Below are positions 11,411 to 24,577 of a stretch of DNA of 64,000 nt, piece after piece (position 1 is the first letter of the stretch; the number at the start of each line of letters is the position of its first letter). The notes beneath the pieces were generated by a model. The model was given only the letters and a program-made list of their open reading frames with translations, was not told the origin of the DNA and made no database searches. A program made the translations under genes and the position numbers. Origin of the DNA: Phyllobates terribilis (lineage: Eukaryota); contig NW_027362769.1 of the NCBI RefSeq assembly GCF_046119375.1, positions 370,140,001-370,204,000 on the forward strand, given 5' to 3'.

Positions 11411-14400
11411 GCTTTTAAGGATTTTTATTTGGAGCAGAGCTGCCATCCGCACGTGGTGCCGGCGATCACTGTGCCCTCTAATGTCCTCTCCAGGGTGGCC
11501 AGACAGCAGGGTAAGGCTTCACCTGCAGCGTCCAGCGCCGAGAGCGTCACATGACCGGAGCGGCATCCTCTTGAATCACACAACTTTCTTGTTCACGTCA
11601 CCTTGACAATATATATATATCATCTATATCCCACCGTACACACATGTGCTGGTGGTGTTCATGTCTTCTCTGTGGGGAGAGGAATTAGCTGGACACTGCT
11701 GCCCTGAGACTCAAAGGATCGGGCATATTGAAATCCAATATGCCCAATCCTTTTTTTTTTTTCCCCTCTTGTATCCTCCGGAGTCAGAAGGCCCCTGTTC
11801 ACATTAGATGGACAGCTGTTTAATCCGTAAGGCCTCCTTAAAGGGATTATTTTCATTTTCATAAATATATACTGTTGAATATCGCTGATAAATACAAGCA
11901 ATTTTGCAATTTGCTGCTTATTAAAATTTTCCGCCGTTCTTGATTTGATAAACCTTTGTTTACAGCTCGTTGCCTCGGAGACCAACCATCACTGTTAGCA
12001 GGGGTTACAAGCTCTTGGTTTGAAGCTATGGATTGCTGAAGCACCCCTTTACCTCCTAATCCCAGCCAGCTTCATTGCAGTGCTTACAAGTTAGACAGTA
12101 GGGGTGGTCGGTCTCCAAGGCAACAAGCTGTAAACAAAAGAAAAGTGTTAATATCTCAAGAACGGCTGCAAATTTTAACAAGCCGTAAATTACAAAAGTG
12201 TTTGTATTCACAAGCTCTATGTAAGGGAGAGAAAGAAACTCTCGGCAACAAAAGGGTTATAGTGCAATGTCACCGAGGACACAGGTCCTGTATAGTAGGA
12301 GACAGTCTGTGTGGACCTGCAAATATTGCATCACCCGCTGACCCCAGTCAGGAGAAGATCAAGAGCGTTATAACCTAGCGAGGGGCTTGTGGCCTCGGGA
12401 TCATTTTCATTCTTATACACTTACCTTAAAGGGATCATCTCATTTTAAATGGGTAAAATTGCAAAGTGCTTGTAAAAACAAAGCAACTTTACATCTTAGA
12501 AATCCTCTCCGTTCTCAGGAACAGAGGGATCTTTAATTTTTATAGTTTGCAACCCGTTGCCTAGGTTACCGGCCACCGCTGCAGTCTGTTAGCAGAGGCG
12601 CTGTGACTAAAAGGGCTTTTATGGTGAGGTTACAAGTGGTGTTCAGAAGTTTCTTCATCCCCCGTGTGCTCTGCTGTCAGCACAGATCAGCAGCGCAAGT
12701 ATGGTCCGAACTGTCAGTCATCCGCAATCAACAACGCACTGCCCCGGAAAACAGGAGGTCGGGAGGCGGAGGAGCGGCCGTTTCTGAAGACAGTAGATGT
12801 ACAAGCCTTTTAAAGTGTCTGCATCCTAGACCTCCCCTTTATAGGAATTGAAGAAATAGCGCCTCTCTTGTCGCTGGGACGTATGTGGTATTGCAGCTGT
12901 TTTCTGAAATGCTACCTGATCTTTTCTAATTTTGGTAAACCCCTTTATTTGTAAGCTCTCTGGTGTTTATCCCGGCCACCCCCCATCCAGTCCAAATCAC
13001 CGCCACCGGGAATCACCATATTGCAGGGTATTAAAGGGGTTTTCCGGCTCCACTTACTTTTGCATTGGGAAGGGAGCGGACCTGACTGCAGGAATTGTTC
13101 ACCATTCTGATGAATAGGACTGGTGCACGCAGGCAACACACAAGACAAGCGGTGACGTGACTTCGGCAGCACCGCCCACCTGCCGCTGCGAAGCTGAATT
13201 ACCCCGTTAAAAAGAGAATCTTCTTCAATCCAGAAACAATCTGTTTATATACCCTCCTCAAAATATGATTGTGGCTTTCAGGGCACACTGAGGGTTGTAG
13301 TTCTGCTACAGCTAAAGAGCCGCAAGTCCCTATTCGCCATCATCTGGAGCAGAGTAATATTTACCTATGTCGTACCGATAAGGTTAGTGCAATGCAGGAG
13401 AAATCTGGAAAGCCCACATAGCAGACTTATGGCAAAATTTGTGTTATGGTGGTCCCTGTACACATAGTTACGACTGGAAGGCTGTGGAAAACAGAAGTCG
13501 GCTGGGGTTTAGATGTCAGACGTCTGTTTGCTAAGGGATGTTTTTTTCAGGTTGCGTCTCCAGGTACCAGCAGTCTCCCTGGCATTCAGTGCCCACCTCC
13601 AGGAAGAGCCTGCCCACACTGAGCAGTATAACCTACCGGGGATATACCACGCAAACCGCGGAGAGCAAGGAGGAAGAGCCCGCGCTGCACACAATCATCT
13701 CCGACACTGAGAGCGTACAGGGTGAGCGCTCATCTGACATTATGTATAGTTCCATGCATGTGGCTGGGCACCAGTCGGTTTCCTGTGGCTCTAAAGGTAC
13801 AATTGCCGGCATGTCCTGACAGCACACTAGGTGTTGGAGCATGGAGATGCATCTGTTATCTAAGGAATCTGCTTCCTATTGCTAAACTACAATGCCCAGA
13901 AGGCCCTGATGGCACGGTGAGCATGCAAAGTCATTTGTAGGCCTGTGATCCCCAATCTGTGGCTCTTATATGCCATCATCCTTGGGGATCCGAGCTCTAG
14001 TCGTACCGAGAATGAAGGGGCTGCAGCACCGATCTGACACTTCACTGCGTCCCCTTGTGCAGCAGGTGGAGGCCGGGATGTTGTTGAAGGGACCACAGTG
14101 CTAAACCAGCCCTTCATTCTCAGGATAGGTGGTGGTCCCAGATGTCGGACCCCCACTAATTTGCTAATGTTATCACTTTATAAAGTGGAAATGCAAGGGT
14201 GAGATTCAACATAACCCTTCTAACTGGTTACTTGCCTTCCTTGAGGGATTCTAGATGCAAGTTTTATAAATGTTTCCACGATTTTCCAATAATCCAGAAC
14301 ATCCGATAATCCAGGAACCTGTAATATTGTGTTAAAGTAAGATCACAACGGCTTCACAGATCGTCTGTAAATGTCTCACAGGTGTCGCCTCTAAGCACGA

Positions 14401-17400
14401 ATTTCAGGCCGAGACGAAGAAGCTCCTGGACATTGTCGCTCGCTCGTTATACTCAGAAAAAGAGGTGAGAGCGGAGTTTATTTCCTTTTATTTGTTTTAT
14501 TCTCTATTGATCTGCAAATAGATGGGAAAGACACGTCTGTAAATGAGAGAGATGGTGCCGTCTCGGCAATGAGGAAATGTGGCTTCAGATGAGCCCAGTC
14601 TGTCCGACGCTGTTGATATCTGTCTGATGCCGTCTGTCACCAGGTTTTCATCCGGGAACTGATCTCAAATGGTAGCGATGCCCTGGAAAAGCTGCGTCAC
14701 CAGCTCTTGTCTCAGGGGACCGGCCTGCTGGAGATGGAGATCCACCTGCATACGGACAGCGAGAAGGGCACCCTCACCATCCAGGTAAGAGGAGTCTGGT
14801 ACTGTGGACATAAATCCCCCCTGGGGCCCCCATTGATAAGCGCTGGATCCACGATCAAGATGTTACCGCCGCTCCCCCCCAGCACCGTCCTCTTCTGTGC
14901 TGGTGATGGAAGCATTTAGCACCAGTGCAGATACGGGCAGCAAAACCTGCATCTGCACCGGCCAGGAGAATGGAGGGTGACCAGGCGCGTCCCAACGGTC
15001 TCTGTCTAACTGTGCCATCATTCCCATAGGACACCGGAGTGGGGATGACACAGGAGGAGCTCATCTCTAATCTGGGCACCATCGCACGTTCTGGATCCAA
15101 GGTAATCCTGCAGACCGGGCTGTTTTCAGGCTCTTCGTACCCAATGGGACTTATGTCTGTGATATGTTTTGCTCTTTTTTCCCGCAGGCCTTTCTAGAAG
15201 CTCTGCAGAACCAGACTGACAGCTCCGGGAAGATCATAGGTCAGTTTGGCGTTGGCTTCTACTCCGCATTTATGGTGGCTGACAAAGTGGTCGTCTACTC
15301 TCAGGCTTCGGAGCCCGGCAGCCCTGGATATTGCTGGACGTCTGACGGGTCAGTACAGAATTGAGAACGCTGAGACCATCCTTTATATGCAACTGCATAT
15401 ACTATACTATAGCACCGGCCCCTACTATAGCACCGGCTCCTACTATAGCACTGGCCTATATTATAGCACTGTACAGGCATACGGCTCATTATTCACTAAA
15501 TTGACATCTTTCCTCCATAGATCTGGAGTCTTTGAGTTGGCAGAGGCCGGTGGTGTGAGGCCAGGGACGAAAGTTATCATTCATCTTAAAGATGACTGTA
15601 AGGAGTTCGCCAGTGAGGACAGAGTAAGAGGTGAGTCCCCACCATTCACCCCCTGGTAGCACCCCGGCTGTTGTATCGGTCATTTATATATGAATTATCC
15701 TAAAATTAATAGACTTTGAGATGGTTAAATTTACTTTGGAGACCTACTGCGGTCTGTGCTGTTTGGTTGCTATTAGCATGTATGACTTGTCCATGTTTTA
15801 ACCCCTTTCTGACATAGGATATGCCAATACATCCTATGGTCGGGCTCGGGAGCTGAGCCTGCTCAATGTATAAGGCAGCCGGCACCTGCTTCCAACAGCA
15901 GTGATCGGAGCTAGCTCTGATCTCTTCTGCTTAACCACTTAAATGCTGATGGGAGGATTTAAGTAGCGTTTGCTGACATATATTTACATCAGTCAGGGTG
16001 CGGGTGTAAGAAGCTAGCGCCGATTGCTGCCATTTAGCCGCTTAGATTCTGCTGTCAATCATTGACAGCGGCATTTCAATGGCCCATTTGCAGAAGTATC
16101 GACTCCCATCGGCCTCCCTGCAACACTAAAGCCAGATGTCCATGGCTTCCCATGGCTGATGCGGGCCTATGTGGAAGCCATGTTGGTCCTCCTATGAAGT
16201 GTATAGTATAAGCAATCAAATACTGCTGATACAAGTTCGAAAAAGGAAAAAAATGGTTAAAGAAAATAAATGGTTTAAAACGCCCAATTAATAAAATTAA
16301 TAAACATGAAATAAAATAACCCTATTCAGTTTTGTCTTGTTCGATCTATAGAATTATTTTAAATCTGTTACACACCAAAAAAAAGAATAAAACATCTAAA
16401 TTCCCTAATTCTTCTGCACAAAAGCACAAAAATTATTTTTTTTGATATTTCAGAGGTGGTGACAAAATACAGCAACTTTGTCAGCTTCCCCCTGTACCTT
16501 AATGGCAAGAGGATCAACACTCTGCAGGTAGGAGGCAAACCCTCCCTCCCCCCGTCTTCGGGATTCCTCTCCCCTCCTCTGACTTTTATAGGGTCTCTCT
16601 TCAGGCTCTCTGGATGATGGACCCCAAAGAGATCGGAGAATGGCAGCACGAGGAGTTCTACCGATTTATCGCCCAGGCTTATGATAAACCGCGCTACATG
16701 CTTCACTACAAGGCAGACGCCCCTCTGAATATTAGGAGCATCTTCTACGTGCCGGAGATGGTAAGCGCCATCTATAAAGAGCGGACTCCAATCTGCCCGG
16801 ATGTAATGATTATTTGTTGTGCATAGAGGGGAGTAGTGAGCGCCGGCCGCTGCTCGCTGTAATGGACGCAGTGTGATCTTTTTTGCAGAAACCTTCTATG
16901 TTTGACGTAAGCCGAGAGCTGGGGTCCAGCGTGGCCCTGTACAGCCGCAAGGTCCTCATCCAGACCAAGGCCACGGACATCCTGCCCAAGTGGCTGCGCT
17001 TCCTGCGAGGTGAGAACTTCATGTACGATCTCCCCATCGGCAGTACAGCTATGCTTGCCCTGGTTGACATTGCAGCCCTAGACCATCCAACTTTCACGGC
17101 CCATGTACAGACCGGCCGCAGGTCTAACATATATGAGGCTGTTGAATTTGGCTCAGGAGACCAGCGGCATGTCCTACACAAAAACCATCACAGGCCTTAA
17201 GTTGTCCACATTTGGGAACAATTCTTTTTTTTTTTTTTTCCTTTTTACTTAAAAGCTTGAAATCATTTTTGCAATTGGGTTTCATTAAAAATGTTACACC
17301 ATTTCCCTTCTAAATCCTCTGGGATTCACTTGCTTCATAATGAGTTAATGGAGAATCCATCAGTGAGCTCGTTTTGACATCTGACGGGGAGTTTGTAACT

Positions 17401-20400
17401 CTTCTAGCTGTGCTTTTTCGGAGCTCCTCTCTGCTGATTTATGACCACATCAAAGTTGAATGTGCGGGAAAGAAAAAAACCTGTAAAAGCAAAACAGTTG
17501 AACGTTTTTAATGTAACCCAATAGCAAAAATGATTTTTTTTAAGTCAAAATACATTCATTTAAGTTAAGAAAAATTGTACCCAAAGATGGACAAAGCCAA
17601 CGTTGCTACACCAGCACAGGGATCGGCAACCTCCGGCTCTTCGGATATTATTAAACTACAACTCCCATCATTCCCTGACTCTGACAGTTATGTTTTTCTG
17701 CTCTCTGCAGGGGTTGTTGACAGTGAGGATATTCCCTTGAATCTCAGCAGAGAATTGCTGCAGGAAAGTTCCCTCATAAGGTGAGAAAAGGAGTATCCGG
17801 CCAGAAGCGTGTCATTCATCCACCCATCAGCGCCCTTGTCACATGATCGCGGGGCACCGATGGGTTGTAATGACAGCTGGGGGTCTGCAGAAGACCCCTG
17901 TGCCTGACATTGTGAATCCTCTGTGAACGCCGGCTCGTGGCTGGTATTAGACTATGTTCACACTTTGCGTTTTTGCTGGTTTTGTTCCTGCTTTTTTAAT
18001 GCAAATTAAAGCTGTATTTTACAGCACCAGCGAAAGTTATGAGAGTTGAGAAATCTCATGCACACACTTGAATTTTTTTCCTGACTGAATTGGACACTGC
18101 AGCATGTCATTTCTGTGAAACCTATTTATTTTTGTGATTTTTCCAAAGTTGAAACCATAATATCTTGGTATAATCACATGAGCATGAATGTTAGTATTAG
18201 TACAGTTTAATTAAAATCAGTAATATGTGTAAAAGTAAACAATGTCCGACCAACTCAATGTCCTACCAATGTCTGAAAGTAAACAATACCCAACCTACTT
18301 AATGCCCTACCAATGTGTTAAGTAAACAATGCCCGACCAATTTAATACAATACCAATGTGTGAAAGTAAACAATGCCTGACCAACTCTATGTCCTACCAA
18401 TGTCTGAAAGTAAACAATACCCAACCTACTTAATGCCCTACCAATGTGTTAAGTAAACAATGCCCGACCAATTTAATACAATACCAATGTGTGAAAGTAA
18501 ACAATGCCTGACCAACTCTATGTCCTACCAAAGTGTTAAGTAAATAATGCCCGACCTACTCAACTCAATGCCCTACCAATGTGTCAATCCTGACCTACTC
18601 GATGTCCTTATCAATGTATGAAAGAAAACGATGCCCGACCTATTCAATGTCCTACCAATGTATTAAGTAAACAGTGCTTGACCTACTTGATGCCCTACCA
18701 GTGTATGAAAGTAAACAATGCCCAACCTACTCAGTGTCCTACCAATGTGTTAAGTAAACAATTCCTAACTGACTCAATGCCCTACCAATGTGTCAATCCT
18801 GACCTACTCGATGCCCTTATCAATGTATGAAAGTAAACAATGCCCGACCTATTCAATGTATTACCAATGTATTAAGTAAACAGTGCTCGACCTACTTGAT
18901 ACCCTACCAATGTGTCACATAAACAATGCCTTACCAATTCAACTGCCCCTTGCTGCTTTTACATAAAAAAATGTTTTATGGTTTCACATACATCTTGTAT
19001 TGCTGGCCTAATATCTTGTATTGTTCGCTTCACACTTGTAATTTAGAAGCAAAGCTGCACTTTGGTATCCTGAAAAACAGCAAAAAAAAAGGCTGCAAAC
19101 CTGAGTTTTGTCTGCAGCTTTTTTACTGCCAAGAGATCAGGTTTTGGCTGCAGAAAAAAAGCAACGTGTGAACATGGTCTAAGGATCCTAGTAGTTACTT
19201 GTAAGATTGTGCTCTGTATATGGAATCACCTAAGAAGCTCACCGAGCACAAGAAGGAAATCCTCATTGTGTCTTTAGTCCTTTCCTGGAGATAACCTAGA
19301 GGAGTGTTTCCCAACTTGTGGCTCTCCTGTTGTTTCAAAACTAGTCGGTGGCTCTCATGGCATGATGGGAGTTGTAGTTCTGCAGCTGCTGGAGATCCAC
19401 AGGAGGGGGAACACTGTCCTAGAGGACGTTTCCAAAGGCTTTCAGTATCTGAGCTCCTGCGACTCAGATGTGATGTCTGCGCTCGTACAGGACCTGGGAT
19501 TGATAAATGAAGTATTTTTTTGATTCCCTTTTTAATCAGGAAACTACGCGATGTGCTGCAGAGACGACTCGTCAGATTTTTCCTCGACCAAAGCAAGAAG
19601 GATCCAGAGAAATACAAAAAATTCTTTGAGGACTACGGGCTTTTCATTCGAGAAGGGATTGTGACCACCCAGGAGCAGGATGTGAGGGTGTGTAGCGCAC
19701 AGGGTGTGTAGCGCACATTGTGCGCACTGAGAACTGCTGACATCCGGGTTGATCTTGCAGTGATGTGAGCTGGACAGGGGATAATAAACCTGCTCCATAT
19801 TGGATTTTTAACCGTTTCTTTTATTTCACATCCATCATTACTTTTGCAGGAGGACATTGGAAAACTTCTGCGTTTTGAGTCTTCCTCCCTGCCGGCAGGA
19901 GAACAGACCAGCCTCGCCGACTACGCCACTCGGATGCCAGCGGGATCCCGCAACATCTACTACTTGTGCGCACCCAACCGCCACCTTGCAGAGCACAGCC
20001 CTTACTATGAGGCCATGAAACAGAAGCAGACCGAGGTGCTCAGGTTCTCCCCCATTTTGTATACTCTTCTGCGCCCCCTTTTCTTGCCCTGACTTCCCCG
20101 TGGTCTTTGTCTCTCCAGGTCCTCTTCTGCTACGAGCAGTTTGATGAGCTCACCCTGCTGCACCTACGGGAGTTTGAGAAGAAGAAGCTCATCTCGGTGG
20201 AGACTGACATCGTGGTTGATCATTACAAAGAGGAGAAGTTTGAGGACGGCCGTGCAGGTAGCTGCCATTCCATTGTGGGCTGGTTGAGGTGAGGAGATGA
20301 CTTTGGCCACTTACACCGAGTCTTGCTTCTCCTTCAGCTTCTGATAAACTGAGCGAGAAGGAGTCTGAGGATCTAATGGCCTGGATGAGGAACGGTTTGG

Positions 20401-21848
20401 GGACTCGAGTGTCCAATATCAAGGTATGTGCACACCCTAAGTATACAGAGTGATCTTTATACCCTATACTGGATTAGTAGTGTTTGTCTTCATGTAGGTG
20501 ACACCACGTCTGGACACTCACCCGGCCATGATTACTGTGTTGGAGATGGGGGCGGCCCGACATTTCCTGCGCACACAGCAGCTTGCCAAAACAAATGAAG
20601 AACGAGCTCAGCTCCTGCAGCCCACTCTGGAGATCAACACTGGGTGGGTTTCTACATTCATAAGGCCTAACAGACAGTAGCTGGACCTGCCCTGGAGCTC
20701 TACTGGCGAGGTCTTGCAGGTTTTGCTGTTGTTGGTAGTGCTGGCTTGGCGACAGGTCAACTCTCCTACACCACTTGTCCGACGCTTGGCATTGTGCTTG
20801 GTGATGTTCAGCTTCTCAGCCATGAAGCTCCCGGCGGGGGAGGAGGTCTGGACTCTGCAGTTATGGGGTCAGCAGAGCGTTGGTGACTTTTCTGCCCTCT
20901 GCTCCTCAGCACTCGGCCCCCCGCTCTGTAAAGTTACGGGGTCTTCACTTTGTGGCTGAGTTGCTGCGGTTTTTTCCACTTCTCAATAATATCACTCACA
21001 GGTGATTGGCAGATTTAGGAGGAAGAAATGTCATGAACGGACTTGTTACCCCGGTGGCTCCTATTACAGGACCGCGCTGGTATCAGTGAGCTCTGCACCA
21101 CCGGCCGTTCTGTCACATGTTAGTAAAGGCTGACGGCATGGCGGGGAGCCGGAGGTTATACCCTGGGGGGGGCGGACTTTCTACTTTGGGGGGCGAGGGG
21201 CCGGATGTTATACACCAGGTATAACACCGACGTGTAAATTATGGATTTTAAATCCATTTATTAAGATGCTCTGTCACTGTGCCCCCTAGTGGCAGAACAT
21301 TTTCTTTTAAATCGACTCATTCTGTAAGCCAGAAATACTTTTTATTCTGCAGTAACGAGCTACGAATTACTAAATCAGTGTATGAGGAGTATCAGCCGCT
21401 TGTATAACACAGCTCCGTCTAGATTTAAAGGGACACAGCTGAAACAATCCACGCCCATAACTACTTTTTGTGACCGCCCCCCCTTGATCTGACATTATTC
21501 TAGGCATCCTCTTATTAAGAAGCTCGGACAGCTGAAGGACACGGACCAAGACCTGGCCAAATTGCTTCTCGATCAGGTGAGACACAAGCTGGAGCCGCAG
21601 TGGAGCGCTGGACGCGGCACAGACAGTGATTCTTTGCACCTTTACTCACTGTGAATTTTTTAAACCTAAGCACAGATATATTTTGTATGGCATTAGTAAA
21701 CTGCATAAGTAATGGCGCCCTAAAATATCTGTATTGTTCTACCCAGATCTATGAGAATGCCATGATCGCTGCCGGGCTGAACGACGACCCCCGGCCCATG
21801 GTAGGGCGTCTCAATGAGTTGTTAACGAAAGCCCTGGAGAAGCATTGA
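11275..21848 (+). CDS. TRAP1: TRAP1, mitochondrial HSP90 (HSP75); 18 exons, 2133 nt, 710 aa
   Basis: Exons all GT-AG and in phase. Motifs [69 protein letters not shown]; C-terminus ALEKH*; Arg/Ser/Ala-rich presequence. Confidence 0.97.
13551..13721 (+). CDS. TRAP1: TRAP1 exon 2
   Basis: ...TTTCAG acceptor; ...[17 protein letters not shown]; GTGAGC donor. Confidence 0.9.
14382..14464 (+). CDS. TRAP1: TRAP1 exon 3
   Basis: [24 protein letters not shown]. Confidence 0.95.
14644..14784 (+). CDS. TRAP1: TRAP1 exon 4
   Basis: [19 protein letters not shown]...GTLTIQ. Confidence 0.95.
15030..15101 (+). CDS. TRAP1: TRAP1 exon 5
   Basis: [24 protein letters not shown]. Confidence 0.95.
15188..15348 (+). 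CDS. TRAP1: TRAP1 exon 6
   Basis: AFLEALQNQ...[17 protein letters not shown]. Confidence 0.95.
15521..15630 (+). CDS. TRAP1: TRAP1 exon 7
   Basis: [29 protein letters not shown]. Confidence 0.95.
16454..16527 (+). CDS. TRAP1: TRAP1 exon 8
   Basis: [24 protein letters not shown]. Confidence 0.95.
16605..16760 (+). CDS. TRAP1: TRAP1 exon 9
   Basis: [21 protein letters not shown]...SIFYVPEM. Confidence 0.95.
16889..17009 (+). CDS. TRAP1: TRAP1 exon 10
   Basis: [25 protein letters not shown]...LPKWLRFLR. Confidence 0.95.
17711..17780 (+). CDS. TRAP1: TRAP1 exon 11
   Basis: [24 protein letters not shown]. Confidence 0.95.
18230..18940. repeat. Minisatellite, ~44-bp unit with a 131-bp trimeric period, TRAP1 intron 11
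   Basis: AAAGTAAACAATGCCCGACC..TACCAATGT recurs at 18232, 18276, 18363 and 18407. Confidence 0.85.
19540..19687 (+). CDS. TRAP1: TRAP1 exon 12
   Basis: [21 protein letters not shown]...REGIVTT. Confidence 0.95.
19850..20035 (+). CDS. TRAP1: TRAP1 exon 13
   Basis: [12 protein letters not shown]...[23 protein letters not shown]. Confidence 0.95.
20119..20257 (+). CDS. TRAP1: TRAP1 exon 14
   Basis: [30 protein letters not shown]. Confidence 0.95.
20338..20423 (+). CDS. TRAP1: TRAP1 exon 15
   Basis: [28 protein letters not shown]. Confidence 0.93.
20498..20643 (+). CDS. TRAP1: TRAP1 exon 16
   Basis: [25 protein letters not shown]...PTLEINT. Confidence 0.95.
20690..21095 (-). mobile_element. 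Degraded Tc1-like transposase fragment in TRAP1 intron 16
   Basis: Minus strand reads as a decayed Tc1 N-terminus: [38 protein letters not shown]; contains deletions and frameshifts. Confidence 0.6.
21504..21576 (+). CDS. TRAP1: TRAP1 exon 17
   Basis: [24 protein letters not shown]. Confidence 0.95.
21747..21848 (+). CDS. TRAP1: TRAP1 exon 18 (last coding)
   Basis: [33 protein letters not shown]. Confidence 0.95.
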   Translation: MYENAMIAAGLNDDPRPMVGRLNELLTKALEKH

Positions 21849-22114
21849 ACACCTCCACCATCATCATCCTCCTGTAAGATCTGCTCCCGGGAACGATGGA
21901 CCCCACATCCTGGAGGACAGGAAACGTTTTGGGTTTCTGCACAAGGAGTATCTGACACAGCCGCCATGTTTCCTATGGAAAGAGAGACCGAAAAGATATA
22001 ATGTGGATGTATTTATTGGACAGTCCCCGCACGTCGGCCCCAGGGTTCCCCAGTGTACGGCCGTGCAGTAACGCTCGCTCATTGTTGTAAATGTTACACT
22101 TATAACCAAGAGAT

Positions 22115-22120
22115 ATTAAA
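22115..22120 (+). terminator. Candidate TRAP1 polyadenylation signal (ATTAAA)
   Basis: ATTAAA ~270 nt after the stop, followed by a U-rich tract at ~22150. Confidence 0.5.
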
Positions 22121-22898
22121 GATGTCACTAATTTGTATAAAGTCACCTCGTTTTTTATTTCTCTAATATTTATACTTGTCGCTACCTAGACAGCACCCGA
22201 GAGTAGTTCAGGATTCCTGTTTTTTTTTTAGCACACAAAGAAAAACGTCAGCAACATGGAGGATATTACACAGTGGTAGTGATCAGGGTATATGTGAATC
22301 CAGCTCTGAAATGAGTTAAAAGACTTACTAGAGAGCTCACGGCGATCTTTCTGTGCCTCCCTCTGCCTGTTTCCTCTCCCTTCTCCGTTCTATAGAGTAT
22401 AAAGGGCTGTGTCACATAAGCCTGCAGTAAAGACAGATTTGAGTTCAAGGGGGAGAGGAAGAAGTGGCTCATAAGTGGGGAAGGAAACCGATTTCTCTGA
22501 TAAGACATATTACAAAGTTTCTTATCTTTGCCTGTACTGTTAGTTTATGCAAAGTTTGTTTAATGTACAGTTCCTTTTTAAGAGGCTGCAAATGGAAGAA
22601 GATGTCCCTTCTAATGCTTATCACCACACCACGCAGGATGATTGAGGAATGCCAATGGCAATGTTATAGCTGCTGGGGGGCTACTGAAGACCCCCGTGTC
22701 TGCCATGTTTATACACCTATGAAGCTGCTTAGCCTGTCTCCATAAGCGATCGGTGCTTTCACAATACACTGTAATATCGCTGTATAGCAATGTATTGTAC
22801 AAGCAACTTCAGGCCCAAGTCCCCCAGGGGGGGACTAAATAAAATGGAAAAAAAAAATATATGTATTAAAAAAAAAAAAAGAAATAAATATATATATA

Positions 22899-24523
22899 CA
22901 GTACAGACCAAAAGTTTGGACACACCTCATTTAAAGATTTTTCTGTATTTTCTTGACTATGAAAATTGTACATTCACACTGAAGGCATCAAAACTATGAA
23001 TTAACACATGTGGAATTATATACTTAACAAAAAAGTGTGAAACAACTGAAAATATGTCTTATATTCTAGGTTCTTCAAAGTAGCCACCTTTTGCTTTGAT
23101 GGCTGCTTTGCACACTCTTGGCATTCTCTTGATGAGCTTCAAGAGGTAGTCACCAGAAATGGTCTTCCAACAATCTTGAAGGAGTTCCCAGAGATGCTTA
23201 GCACTTGTTGGCCCTTTTGCCTTCACTCTGCGGTCCAGCTCACCCCAAACCATCTCGATTGGGTTCAGGTCTGGTGACTGTGGAGGCCAGGTCATCTGGC
23301 GTAGCCCCCCCATCACACTCCTCCTTGGTCAAATAGCCCTTACACAGCCTGGAGGTGTGTTTGGGGTCATTGTCCTGTTGAAAAATAAATGATGGTCCAA
23401 CTAAACGCAAACCGGATGGAATAGCATGCCGCTGCAAGATGCTGTGGTAGCTATGCTGGTTCAGTATGCCTTCAATTTTGAAAAAATACTCAACAGTGTC
23501 ACCAGCAAAGCACCCCCACACCATCACACCTCCTCCTCCATGCTTCATGGTGGGAACCAGGTATGTAGAGTCCATCCGTTCAACTTTTCTGCATCGCACA
23601 AAGACACGGTGGTTGGAACCAAAGATCTCAAATTTGGACTCATCAGTCCAAAGCACAGATTTCCACTGGTCCAATGTCCATTCCTTGTGTTCTTTAGCCC
23701 AAACAAGTCTCTTCTGCTTGTTGCCTGTCCTTAGCAGTGGTTTCCTAGCAGCTATTTTATCATGAAGGCCTGCTGCACAAAGTCTCCTCTTAACAGTTGT
23801 TGAAGAGATGTGTCTGCTGCTAGAACTCTGTGTGGCATTGACCTGGTCTCTAATCTGAGCTGCTGTTAACCTGCGATTTCTGAGGCTGGTGACTCGGATA
23901 AACTTATCCTCAGAAGCAGAGGTGACTCTTGGTCTTCCTTTCCTGGGGCGGTCCTCATGTGAGCCAGTTTCTTTGTAGCGCTTCATGGTTTTTGCAACTG
24001 CACTTGGGGACACTTTTAAAGTTTTCCCAATTTTTCGAACTGACTGACCTTCATTTCTTAAAGTAATGATGGCCACTCGTTTTTCTTTACTTAGCTGCTT
24101 TTTTCTTGCCATAATACAAATTCTAACAGTCTATTCAGTAGGACTATCAGCTGTGTATCCACCAGACTTCTGCACAACACAACTGATGGTCCCAACCCCA
24201 TTTATAAGGCAAGAAATCCCACTTATTAAACCTGACAGGGCACGCCTGTGAAGGGAAAACCATTTCCGGTGACTACCTCTTGAAGCTCATCAAGAGAATG
24301 CCAAGAGTGTGCAAAGCAGTCATCAAAGCAAAAGGTGGCTACTTTGAAGAACCTAGAATATAAGACATATTTTCAGTTGTTTCACACTTTTTTGTTAAGT
24401 ATATAATTCCACATGTGTTAATTCATAGTTTTGATGCCTTCAGTGTGAATGTACATTTTTCATAGTCATGAAAATACAGAAAAAACTTTAAATGAGAAGA
24501 TGTGTCCAAACTTTTGGTCTGTA

Positions 24524-24526
<3 letters not shown>
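22899..24526 (-). mobile_element. Tc1/mariner DD38E transposon, full length, one frameshift
   Basis: Same TIRs as 5850-7473. ORF 24112-23240 continues in ORF 23316-23059 after a 1-bp gain in a G run near 23305. TA/(TA)n flanks. Confidence 0.93.

Positions 24527-24577
<51 letters not shown>

Noticed and set aside
14668-14679. ISNGSD instead of ISNASD in the TRAP1 ATP-binding motif
   Set aside because: As I recall, the same residue occurs in fish TRAP1; the catalytic E and N are intact.
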